IMG/VR virus record: IMGVR_UViG_3300032116_014939
Location: 1-64,000 of that record
Strand: one strand, 5' to 3'
Length of the DNA stretch: 64,000 nucleotides
The translations under genes and the position numbers were made by a program. This document shows, piece by piece, positions 55,182 to 64,000 of this stretch. Each line of letters starts with the position of its first letter. The stretch's first letter is position 1. The notes beneath the pieces are model-generated. The model worked only from the letters and a program-made list of their open reading frames with translations. It did not search any database and had not been told where the DNA came from.

Positions 55182-55532
55182 TTAATCTATTTTAGCTGGT
55201 CGGTTTACTTCAAACCATTCGATGAAAGCGTTGATTGCCCATACCGCACCTGACGCGAATAATCCGTCAAAGAACCATGAAATGTATGGACTTGTTCCGA
55301 AAAATTGATATGTAGGTGAGAATAAAACTGCTCCCACGAAAAATCCTACCCAAGTGGAACAACACATCATACAGGATAAAATACCTGAAATAAAATTGAA
55401 TGTGTCTGAAAAAATTAAATCGGAGTTTCCATAAGCTTTGATAAAATCTCTCATTCCTTTAAAGATGGTTCCATAAACCATAATTGTTGAAAACCCGTAG
55501 GCTAAAATCATAAATAATACTAACTGTGTCAT
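55182..55532 (-). CDS. Membrane protein with CxxC (DUF1360-like)
   Basis: LSCMMCCSTWVG within TM segments. Confidence 0.65.
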   Translation of the reverse strand: MTQLVLFMILAYGFSTIMVYGTIFKGMRDFIKAYGNSDLIFSDTFNFISGILSCMMCCSTWVGFFVGAVLFSPTYQFFGTSPYISWFFDGLFASGAVWAINAFIEWFEVNRPAKID

Positions 55533-55987
55533 ATTCTATTTGTTAAGTTTGAATTCTTCAGGTAGAAAGCATAAGAAGTTTTTGTCATATCTTCAAGCTC
55601 ATTCACCTTTCTTGTTAATTCTTTTATTGTGTTATTTTTATCACTTAATTGTCTGTTTAGTTCAAAAAGGGTTTCCTGTAGTTTACCACATTCTACTTCC
55701 TTTTTATCTTCCAATTTACCTTTAAGAATGTAAATTTCATTTTGTAGTTCTTCAATCTTTGAGTTATCCTCAACAACAACTTCCTTTTCAAATTCTCTGT
55801 CAATTACATCAGGTAAGTTCCCTTGGTTAAGTAATCCATATTTTTCAATATAGTATCCTTTACGGAAACATAATTTAACAAAACCATTAGGGTCGGTTAT
55901 TTCATTAATCTTACAGAACGAGTTAAAATCCTCAACATCCTGTTTAGATAACTCAATAGTTAACGAATTTTTCTGTTCCATTTTCAA
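55529..55987 (-). CDS. Coiled-coil hypothetical protein
   Basis: 152-aa ORF. Confidence 0.65.
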   Translation of the reverse strand: MKMEQKNSLTIELSKQDVEDFNSFCKINEITDPNGFVKLCFRKGYYIEKYGLLNQGNLPDVIDREFEKEVVVEDNSKIEELQNEIYILKGKLEDKKEVECGKLQETLFELNRQLSDKNNTIKELTRKVNELEDMTKTSYAFYLKNSNLTNRI

Positions 55988-56732
55988 TATCTTCGTATGA
56001 GTTTATTCTAAATGATATGAAAGGTTTTGGGTTGAATAAATCAACTGTCGTGTATTCATCCTTTTCAACATCGTAAATTCCATATCCGTGTTTGGTTACC
56101 GTTTCACCATAGTTCTGTCCAATGGTTGAACCAATCATATAAGCCTTCTTACCACCAGGTATATCAAAGATTTGTCTCTTGTGAATATCACCACATAATA
56201 CCAAGTCACATCCATCAAACTTTGATGTTTCAAACCCATCCTCAAACTTAAATCCTAAGTTGGTTGTAAGTCCCTGAACTGGCCCGTGAAATAATCCAAT
56301 CTTAACTCTATCAGTTTTTTCAATTGTAGGTGGGATGTTATGGTCCATAAGTGAATACACACACCAATCAATGTTATCATCCTGATACACACCTCTGTTC
56401 TTGTAGTAAACCACCATATCATTTTTAAGTGAATCAACCACAGGTGTTAGAGCGTCCAATCGTTCCATATTGTTTTCAAGGAAGTCGTGGTTACCAGGTA
56501 TTAAGATTGTTTTAGCAATCTTTGAACACTCGGTCAATACCCACGCGATGAACTCAACAAGTTCAGGTGTCATTTGGTTCTTACTATGAACCAAGTCACC
56601 AGTGAATACAATTCTATCAGGAGCAATATCTTTCCATTGTTTAAACGCCTCTTCTAAAATTGACTTATACAATTGGTGGTCTTTGAACAACCTAATGTGT
56701 AAATCAGAAAAATGAACTAATTTTTTTATCAT
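55953..56732 (-). CDS. SbcD/Mre11 (gp47-like) metallophosphoesterase nuclease
   Basis: SDLH, TGDLVH, PGNHD, FHG and GDIH motifs. Confidence 0.9.
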   Translation of the reverse strand: MIKKLVHFSDLHIRLFKDHQLYKSILEEAFKQWKDIAPDRIVFTGDLVHSKNQMTPELVEFIAWVLTECSKIAKTILIPGNHDFLENNMERLDALTPVVDSLKNDMVVYYKNRGVYQDDNIDWCVYSLMDHNIPPTIEKTDRVKIGLFHGPVQGLTTNLGFKFEDGFETSKFDGCDLVLCGDIHKRQIFDIPGGKKAYMIGSTIGQNYGETVTKHGYGIYDVEKDEYTTVDLFNPKPFISFRINSYEDIENGTEKFVNY

Positions 56733-56962
56733 AGTTCTAATTTCGGAGATTCAATATGAAATGGGTTTAACTCTTCATTTACATTACCACAAGCTAAACA
56801 AGCGTATGTTGGAAATGGTACAACGGTATCATCAGGTGAGCCAGTTAGTAACTTTGGTACACGTTTTAGGTAAGTGACTTCTTTAAACTCGTTATGACCA
56901 CATTTGTCACAAACGATGAAATCCATTTCTCGTAAATTAATTCTTGGTTTTTCTAGTTCCAT
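56729..56962 (-). CDS. Zinc-ribbon protein
   Basis: CDKCG and CLACG. Confidence 0.75.
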   Translation of the reverse strand: MELEKPRINLREMDFIVCDKCGHNEFKEVTYLKRVPKLLTGSPDDTVVPFPTYACLACGNVNEELNPFHIESPKLEL

Positions 56963-56963
56963 A

Positions 56964-57161
56964 TTATTCTTCTATAAACATTATTGTATTATTAATCGGT
57001 ACTCTAAGTACTGGTTTAGATTTCTCATCAATTTTAATCATTACTTCGTAGTAACCTTCCCTTACTTGTACGGTTGACACATTAAGATAGTTATTACTCG
57101 TTTGATTTCCAAAATCAACAAACGCTGTTTTGTCTGTTGTGTTAAATGTTAGTTTTATCAT
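56964..57161 (-). CDS. Hypothetical protein
   Basis: 65-aa ORF. Confidence 0.6.
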   Translation of the reverse strand: MIKLTFNTTDKTAFVDFGNQTSNNYLNVSTVQVREGYYEVMIKIDEKSKPVLRVPINNTIMFIEE

Positions 57162-57194
57162 AGTTGTTAAATATATAACTTTTTAGTGGGATTG

Positions 57195-58049
57195 TCAATT
57201 CAGATAGTCCTTTACATTCATAGTCATCACAGTATCTATCACATCTTGTGGTACTCTAAACTCTTTGAACTCTGAATCCTCTTGCAATAATACGACAATA
57301 CATCCATATAATTTCATGTTTTCGTATTTTGTTCCTTCCAACATTTTTAAGATTAACTTACCGTATAAAGGTAGTTGAACATAATAGTGCCCAAGAGCCG
57401 TATTTGGTAGGTTTTGGAATGGTTTATACATAGGTTTTGTAAAGTTATTACTTTCAAAGTTTTTAGGTTTGTTTGTCTTCCAGTCAGTTATCAATAACCC
57501 AAACCCGTCTTTCTTCTTATTTATCACTAACCAAACCTTATCGGGTTGTCCTGTATATCCTAATTCAGGATGACCCAAAACAATCTCCGTATCCAACAAA
57601 ACAACTTCACGTTCTTTCATTAGTTTTAGAAATTTGGAACCTGCAGTAATCATACTATCACCCTTTAGAATCTGTGTAACATCACAATCAAAAATTGGTT
57701 GACGAACTTCTTTATAACTTCCACTACTTTCAATCAACTTCTTCTCCAAAAAGAAGTGAACCCTACTACCCATATTGGTAGAATAATCACCAGCGGCCGC
57801 CCATTCCTCAATCAGTTGTTGTTTAATTACAGGGTCACCTTTTGATTTCTTTTCCGCAGCTTCGTCAGTTGGGAACTCAGGGTAGAACTTCTTTAACACC
57901 TTTGATACTGATGGGAAATTGTTTTTAACAACACCATCAACATCTTTCATAAAATACGTGTGGGTATCCTCAATAAAGGTTAACTCCAACTCTTTTCTTT
58001 TGTTCTCTAAAATTTCTCGTAATTCTAAAGCAATTTCTTTTAATTCCAT
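57195..58049 (-). CDS. PD-(D/E)XK exonuclease-like protein
   Basis: H.YF, PSVS, GS.VH, GQPD, DWKT and QL.LY motifs. Confidence 0.85.
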   Translation of the reverse strand: MELKEIALELREILENKRKELELTFIEDTHTYFMKDVDGVVKNNFPSVSKVLKKFYPEFPTDEAAEKKSKGDPVIKQQLIEEWAAAGDYSTNMGSRVHFFLEKKLIESSGSYKEVRQPIFDCDVTQILKGDSMITAGSKFLKLMKEREVVLLDTEIVLGHPELGYTGQPDKVWLVINKKKDGFGLLITDWKTNKPKNFESNNFTKPMYKPFQNLPNTALGHYYVQLPLYGKLILKMLEGTKYENMKLYGCIVVLLQEDSEFKEFRVPQDVIDTVMTMNVKDYLN

Positions 58050-58050
58050 T

Positions 58051-58983
58051 TTAATAACTCATTTCATAAAAATAATCATCTATCTTACCTTTCAAATCTG
58101 CAATGTCAGAATCTTTTGGTAATTTTAGAATCTTCACTCTCCCTCTTAACTTCCCTCCATTTAGTTGGTTATAAAGTTTTTGAGCGTCTTTCCAAGCATC
58201 AGCGTCCAAACATATAATAACATCGGACTTAGCTTTGGTATATATTGTTTCAAATAATAAATCGGATAGCACCTTACCTAATAGAACAACAGGGTTAGGT
58301 GTAAAGTACCCATCTATGGCGCCTTCACAGATATAAATAGGTTTCTCCCAATCAATTAGTTTCTCATTGAATATAATTGTTTCCTTTGGGTATTCAGGGT
58401 TTTTATATTTGTTCTTTGTCTTAAACCAAGCTCTTGAAATAAAGTAATTAATCTCTCCGTCTAATCCATATGACGGCATAATAATTCGTCCACCATATTC
58501 ACCTTCAGTTGCAAAACCAATGTTAAACTTTTCAATCATCTCATCAGTAATACCACGTGTCTTAATATATTTTAAAACTTCTCTATGTGGAATATGAAGT
58601 GGGTTAGCATCCTTAATAGAAATAAACTCTTTTGGTAACTTTAACTTTTTTAATTCAACATGTTTTGATTTGTGTTCTTCAGGTTTAAATAAATCGTAAG
58701 TTTTCTTTTGATTTTTTGTCCCAAATAAATCAATTAGTTTACCTAAAACACCATGTGTCCCGTTGAACTCAGAACAAGCCCAACATTTATAAACGTGTTC
58801 ATTAATATTAATCTCAAGATTCCCCTTGTTTTTTCCATCATCACAATAAGGACAATTTACAGAAATCTGACCCTTTGAAGCATAATAATGTTTCTCTTTA
58901 CCAAATAAGTCCCTTATAATTTCAAGTAAAATTTCGTCTTCGTCCATTTTCTTAATAATAAGATAAAAACTTATTGTTGTCAA
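58051..58983 (-). CDS. DNA primase (zinc finger plus TOPRIM)
   Basis: CPYC...CWAC, RG, ICEGAID, CLDADA; likely start MDEDE. Confidence 0.88.
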   Translation of the reverse strand: MTTISFYLIIKKMDEDEILLEIIRDLFGKEKHYYASKGQISVNCPYCDDGKNKGNLEININEHVYKCWACSEFNGTHGVLGKLIDLFGTKNQKKTYDLFKPEEHKSKHVELKKLKLPKEFISIKDANPLHIPHREVLKYIKTRGITDEMIEKFNIGFATEGEYGGRIIMPSYGLDGEINYFISRAWFKTKNKYKNPEYPKETIIFNEKLIDWEKPIYICEGAIDGYFTPNPVVLLGKVLSDLLFETIYTKAKSDVIICLDADAWKDAQKLYNQLNGGKLRGRVKILKLPKDSDIADLKGKIDDYFYEMSY

Positions 58984-59021
58984 ACTTCACAAAGTTTTAA
59001 ACCCTTTTATATTTATATCAT

Positions 59022-59246
59022 ATGCCAACAACAATTACACTAAGTAACGTTATTTCAGGAGCATCCCCCTTTGATGTTTATATATGTCTTTCAGGTGGTT
59101 CTCCTTGTTATTATATTACAAGTATTGATAGCGGCGATTTACCTTATGATTTTACAGTTCCTTCTCCAATAGAAAAATTTACTTACTATTGTATGAAGGT
59201 CGTTGATTCAGATGGGTGTATAATAACAGGTTGCACAAGTATATAA
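59022..59246 (+). CDS. Small Cys-containing putative virion protein
   Basis: 74-aa ORF; TATTTAT at 59010-59016. Confidence 0.65.
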   Translation: MPTTITLSNVISGASPFDVYICLSGGSPCYYITSIDSGDLPYDFTVPSPIEKFTYYCMKVVDSDGCIITGCTSI

Positions 59247-59250
59247 AAAA

Positions 59251-61707
59251 TTGGCATTAAGTTGGTATTCATTTTCGGGTTGTTGTAGTGGAACTACGTT
59301 CCAAATTCAATCAACGTATTCTGCTGGAACGTTCACTTCCGGTTATTCGTATTATTTGGTAACAGATTTTTACACAGGTTGTTCACAATATATAACAACA
59401 GGTTTTGTAACAGGAACACCAATATACAATATTATATCTTTAGATGTAAAATCATATTCATCTTGTACCGCATGTACCACAGTTAATCCTTGTGTCCCCG
59501 GTCCAACACCAACACCTACATCAACACCAGCGCCAAGCCCCACTCCAACAAAAACTCCAACACCTACTCCTACGGTAACAAAAACCCCAACTAATACTCC
59601 AACACAAACTAAAACCCCAACACCAACCAAAACATCAACTAGTACTCCAACACCATCAGTAACCGCAACTATAACACCAACTCCAAGTATAACACCAACT
59701 AATACACCTACAGTAACAAAAACACCAACTAACACCCCAACACCAAGTATTACTCCAACACATACACCAACAAGAACGGTTACCCCAACACCAAGTGTTA
59801 CACCAACAATAACACCAACAGCAACTGTAACAAGTTCACCAACACCAACTTTATCAATAACGCCAACAACAACTCCAACACCAACAGTTACTAAAACACC
59901 TTTACCAACTTTTTGTGAAACACCAACACCAACATTATCAACAACTCCAACATCAACCCCAACACCATCACCTGTATATACCGCATGTCCACAATCGAGT
60001 TATTGTGTATTCACAAATTTGAGTGGTTATACAAATTATGATGGCACTTATTACAACTATGATGTGTTTAATGGTAAAAATGTATTTTATAAACCAGATA
60101 ATACAAATCCTTATTACATATACTACAACACAGGTGAAACAAGATGGTGTCTATCAACTTGTGTAAACGGTGAATGTAAACTATTTGGGCCAACAGGTAG
60201 TAATACCGTTTGCCCTGATTTAGATGTAACCTATTTTGGGTCGTCATGTCCAACACCTACCCCATCAAATACCGACGCTTGTAACACTTTTGATTTTACA
60301 GCAGTATTTGATTGTAACGTAACTTCAGGAGCAACTCCGACACCAACACCAACGTTAACACCAACTAACACACCAACAACAACACCTACACCAACTCCTT
60401 TATGTAATGGTAAATCATTATCGTTTAGTGGTGTAAACTACAATTATCCAGGTCCTTCACCAACACCAAGTGTAACACCGACAAATGCAGTTAAAGGTGT
60501 TGTTGTAAGTGGTTCGGTAATATACGATACGTTTTCATCTAAATTTACAAGTTTATATTCAAAGTTACTTTTAGATTGTAACTCATCTAACAAATACGTT
60601 GTCGGTGAAACAATACCTTTTAATACAGGTTCTACATTTAGCGCAATAATTGATTTTAAATCTGTTTGTGTAACTTACGATTCTGATATTTTAGGTTCCC
60701 CTACTAATATTCTTCAATCTATTGAAAGTGGTAATTTATTTGATTGTGAGTTTTGTTCTCCAATTCCAACCGCAACACCAACACCAACTGTAACACCAAC
60801 ACCAACTGCCACTCAATCATGTCCAAACATAATACAAACAATATCAGTGGGAACAGGTCCATTCTTTATAGTATTTGACGAAGTTAATGAATACATGTAT
60901 GTAATTAACGAAACAAGTAATAATGTTTCAGTAATCGATATTAATGATTACTCTATTGTATCAACAATTTCTGTTGGTAATCAACCTAGAGGTGGGGTAT
61001 TAAGTAATGATAGTAAATTACTATACGTTACTAATTTCGCAGATAATACAATATCAGTTATAAATCCTCTTACACTTACCGTTCTATCAACAATACCTGT
61101 TGGTAATGGCCCTTATGGTTTAACATATGATACAGTTAATGAGGTATTATATGTTGCTGAATATAACGCAGGAACTGTGAGTTCAATACCTGTTAGTACA
61201 ATTGTTAACACTTACACTACCGGTACTAGACCAATTCAACCAGGATTTAATGAAAATAATTTACAAGTATACGTTCCAAATAGTTTAAGTAATACCGTCG
61301 TATCTATTGATACAATAAAAGGTATTACCGCATCAACTATAACAATGCCTTCAGGTTCTTTACCAAGATATTGTTTATATGTTCCAACAAATAATACGGT
61401 ATACACAGTATTAAATGGTACTAACCAAGTAATAACAATTAATCCAGTAACAAATACAACAGGAACAACTATTACAGTTGGTATTGGTACAAATCCTCAA
61501 AGTATGGCATTTGATGTTAATAGTAATAGATTATATGTCACTAATTTAGTAACTGATAATGTATCAGTAATCGATATTAACACTAATGAAGTCGTTAAAA
61601 CAATCACTGTTGGTGACGGTCCAAGAGGTATTGCTTATGACGCTAAATACGATAGAATTTACGTTGAAAATAGTATATCAAATACTGTATCAGTATTATG
61701 TACATAA
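59251..61707 (+). CDS. Cys-rich, Pro/Thr mucin-like protein with a C-terminal YVTN beta-propeller (putative virion surface protein)
   Basis: Long (PT)n tracts; repeated YVxN...VSVID...TI.VG..P.G motifs. Confidence 0.85.
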   Translation: MALSWYSFSGCCSGTTFQIQSTYSAGTFTSGYSYYLVTDFYTGCSQYITTGFVTGTPIYNIISLDVKSYSSCTACTTVNPCVPGPTPTPTSTPAPSPTPTKTPTPTPTVTKTPTNTPTQTKTPTPTKTSTSTPTPSVTATITPTPSITPTNTPTVTKTPTNTPTPSITPTHTPTRTVTPTPSVTPTITPTATVTSSPTPTLSITPTTTPTPTVTKTPLPTFCETPTPTLSTTPTSTPTPSPVYTACPQSSYCVFTNLSGYTNYDGTYYNYDVFNGKNVFYKPDNTNPYYIYYNTGETRWCLSTCVNGECKLFGPTGSNTVCPDLDVTYFGSSCPTPTPSNTDACNTFDFTAVFDCNVTSGATPTPTPTLTPTNTPTTTPTPTPLCNGKSLSFSGVNYNYPGPSPTPSVTPTNAVKGVVVSGSVIYDTFSSKFTSLYSKLLLDCNSSNKYVVGETIPFNTGSTFSAIIDFKSVCVTYDSDILGSPTNILQSIESGNLFDCEFCSPIPTATPTPTVTPTPTATQSCPNIIQTISVGTGPFFIVFDEVNEYMYVINETSNNVSVIDINDYSIVSTISVGNQPRGGVLSNDSKLLYVTNFADNTISVINPLTLTVLSTIPVGNGPYGLTYDTVNEVLYVAEYNAGTVSSIPVSTIVNTYTTGTRPIQPGFNENNLQVYVPNSLSNTVVSIDTIKGITASTITMPSGSLPRYCLYVPTNNTVYTVLNGTNQVITINPVTNTTGTTITVGIGTNPQSMAFDVNSNRLYVTNLVTDNVSVIDINTNEVVKTITVGDGPRGIAYDAKYDRIYVENSISNTVSVLCT
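59500..59970 (+). repeat. Low-complexity ACA/CCA coding repeat (Pro-Thr linker)
   Basis: Degenerate TPTPTxTK/TPTNTPT units. Confidence 0.85.
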
Positions 61708-61753
61708 CAAAAAAGGTGTCGAATGACACCTTAAATTTTAAATAAAAATCTTA

Positions 61754-62347
61754 TTATTTTTTAGCGTTTAGATAACTTAATACAACAGTATAAGCATCTG
61801 TCATATCAAAATTCTCTTTCTTTAAAGTATTGTTTCTTGTATATAACCAATTAATTTGTGGTTCTCTTTTCGCAACAAGTTCCCATATAATCATCTTCTT
61901 ATCACAATCTTTTGGGTAACCACCAAATAAAACAAACTTACCTTTTTCGTTTTTTCTAACTAATTCAGGCCAAGCCTCTTTTCTTGAATTATACGTTGAG
62001 ATATATTCAGGGACAATACCTAACACATCATATACCTCTTTACTAATCAATGTATTATATCGTAATAAAGTACCAATGGTATAAGCATTATTACTATTTA
62101 ATAAAGGTTCTTCAATTACACATCTAACAACACCAACACCTTTATATTCCTCAAGCTTCTTTCTGAATGTTGCAGACTTAAGAAGTAGTTCCTCCATCTT
62201 ATTATCGGGTTGAGGTTTCGGTTGTGGTGAAACATGTGTCAACTCTAATAAATCTCTTGAAGATAAATCAAATAACGCAACACCAATAGTTTTAGTTGAA
62301 ACGTCTAAACCCAAAATCTTAGGAGAATTTTTTATACTTTTTGCCAT
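61754..62347 (-). CDS. RuvC-like Holliday junction resolvase
   Basis: ILGLDVST..IG, VIEE, K..IWE, D.TDA motifs. Confidence 0.8.
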   Translation of the reverse strand: MAKSIKNSPKILGLDVSTKTIGVALFDLSSRDLLELTHVSPQPKPQPDNKMEELLLKSATFRKKLEEYKGVGVVRCVIEEPLLNSNNAYTIGTLLRYNTLISKEVYDVLGIVPEYISTYNSRKEAWPELVRKNEKGKFVLFGGYPKDCDKKMIIWELVAKREPQINWLYTRNNTLKKENFDMTDAYTVVLSYLNAKK

Positions 62348-62403
62348 ATCTAATATTAGTTATTAGATTTAATATTAAAGTAATTAACTTAATTGTAAAT
62401 AAT

Positions 62404-63999
62404 TTAGAAATCTAACTTAACAACTGCTTGTTGTATACCTTGTCTAACTTGAGGTGATTGGAATTTAGATAATACAAGTAAGTTTTTGTTAGCGTCATAT
62501 AATCCTATTTCAGACATATAAGGTGTAACACCTTGTGTCCAAGTAGGATTTGATGAATTTACAAATTGAGCGTTTGGTAAATTTATAAGATATCTCATTT
62601 CGTAAATTGTTGCCTGAATATCAGTATTAACATTTCCGTAGAAGAAATATTCATCACCAAAATATAATGTTGACGAACTACCACTAATAGTTGGTAATTC
62701 TAATTGATTACCTAAATTATATGTTGCCCCATTAGCATAAGTTGTAGGTGTAATTGTAAATGTTGTTGCCGTAAGACCTGATGGATTGATATAACCACCT
62801 GATAATGCGGTAGAATAGTTCATTCTAACCCAATTGTTTGGATTAGGTCTATTCTGAGATGTTGTTCCTGTTTGTGCTAAAATGTAAAAGTCAGTTGCAG
62901 AAAATCCTTGTGTTGTACCTGTTGTCATACATTTAAATTCGTTTCCAAATTTAACTGTTACGTTTTGTTCAGTTAGACCACATCCAGTAACAGGCCCAAT
63001 TATCTTTTGATAATAGTTACAATGCATCCCTGTCCAAGGACTATCAAAACCATATGTTACCCATACACATTGATTATCATTGTCAAGTAATCCATCAGTT
63101 GATGTATCGTTACAAAGTCCAGGTGCACTATATCCAAGTTTTGGTGCAGGTAGTGTATAGTTTCTATTTGCAACATAAGTCATTGCCGCAATAATTTCCT
63201 CATCATCAAAAACAATTACCTTATCATCAGGAAATACTTTACCAACTCTACTTGGTCTTCCATCAGGATTTGGGTGAGTATCATATAAATGAAAATACCT
63301 AATACCCGGATTATTCATATCAAGATTTTCATTTGATTGAATATAATAAGGTGTTAATAAATCATATCCATCAAACCCTGGAGGGTCAATCCAAAATGTT
63401 TCTCCACTACAACAACTTATTGGATTTTTATGCCACATTAACCAAGGTAGGTTAATTGTAAAATTCCTTGCTTGTCCTGTTGCACCAGGATTTGTTGTAT
63501 CATATGCCTCACAAGCAAATTTCTCACCATAAAAATTAATTATTGTATTGTTTGTATAGTGAACAATTGAAATTGCTTTTTGTTCTTCAGGGGTTACTAA
63601 TATTTGTTCACCGTATGAATTATAATATGTAACACCTGATGTATCTGTTTGTCCACTTGAAGACATATACCCGTAATATTCTTTGGTACTAATATAATCT
63701 TTGGAACCAAATTCACCATATTGACTATATAATGTGGAAATTAATCCCGCAGGACTTTCAGACCACGGAATATTCATATTCCAAATTTTAACTAACCCAT
63801 CTTCAGGTGTACAAACTGATTCATAATTAATAACACTATCACTCCAATAATTCATAGGTGTCGGTAAATCATAACCTGTCATACCTGATGGGTAGAAAAA
63901 TAATCTAGCTTGACCAGTATTACCTGATAAATTAGGTAATAATCTATCAACAACAAGTTGTGTTGTTCCTGAATTCCAACTCTGAACTTGGTAGGTTAA
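62404..63999 (-). CDS. Large tail/baseplate-associated structural protein, 5' truncated by the window
   Basis: Frame stays open from 63882 to the window edge; C-terminal SEIGLYD...LLVLSK tail-collar-like motif. Confidence 0.7.
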   Translation of the reverse strand, partial: LTYQVQSWNSGTTQLVVDRLLPNLSGNTGQARLFFYPSGMTGYDLPTPMNYWSDSVINYESVCTPEDGLVKIWNMNIPWSESPAGLISTLYSQYGEFGSKDYISTKEYYGYMSSSGQTDTSGVTYYNSYGEQILVTPEEQKAISIVHYTNNTIINFYGEKFACEAYDTTNPGATGQARNFTINLPWLMWHKNPISCCSGETFWIDPPGFDGYDLLTPYYIQSNENLDMNNPGIRYFHLYDTHPNPDGRPSRVGKVFPDDKVIVFDDEEIIAAMTYVANRNYTLPAPKLGYSAPGLCNDTSTDGLLDNDNQCVWVTYGFDSPWTGMHCNYYQKIIGPVTGCGLTEQNVTVKFGNEFKCMTTGTTQGFSATDFYILAQTGTTSQNRPNPNNWVRMNYSTALSGGYINPSGLTATTFTITPTTYANGATYNLGNQLELPTISGSSSTLYFGDEYFFYGNVNTDIQATIYEMRYLINLPNAQFVNSSNPTWTQGVTPYMSEIGLYDANKNLLVLSKFQSPQVRQGIQQAVVKLDF

Positions 64000-64000
64000 T

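Noticed and set aside
59500-59970. CRISPR array or DGR-type repeat
   Set aside because: Degenerate in-frame Pro/Thr codon repeats with no fixed repeat-spacer pattern; no cas or reverse transcriptase gene in the window.

Overview
This AT-rich, densely coding, mostly minus-strand window looks like part of a large lytic (jumbo-type) phage of a Bacteroidota host. The host inference rests on recurrent TAnnTTTG (-7) / TTG (-33) promoters, two T9SS sorting-domain proteins and an Hc1-like protein. Contents in order: (1) an array of 14 canonical tRNAs (776-3956) interleaved with three anticodon-less tRNA-like RNAs and several structured non-coding segments; (2) accessory genes (HAD phosphatase, zincin, RmlB, Kazal-T9SS, GH19 endolysin); (3) a ~870-nt ORF-free structured RNA, probably GOLLD-like, with its own tandem promoters, boxA and terminator; (4) NUDIX, DHH, Dps-like, two DNA methyltransferases, thioredoxin/glutaredoxin, PcfJ-like and DUF932 genes; (5) an ~11-kb glycosylation cluster including an Aah/TibC-like O-heptosyltransferase; (6) DnaJ, probable virion and lysis genes, a sigma70 factor, SbcC/SbcD-like genes, nuclease, primase, RuvC-like resolvase and tail-related proteins. 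The main candidate new system is a leader-peptide transcription attenuator (3969-4214) at the head of the tRNA array. A 37-codon ORF absent from the ORF track uses 29 different codons, and its 3' end carries an exact copy of the terminator's 3' arm. Ribosome stalling would therefore switch on phage tRNA transcription. All calls were made by eye, without database searches or folding software.
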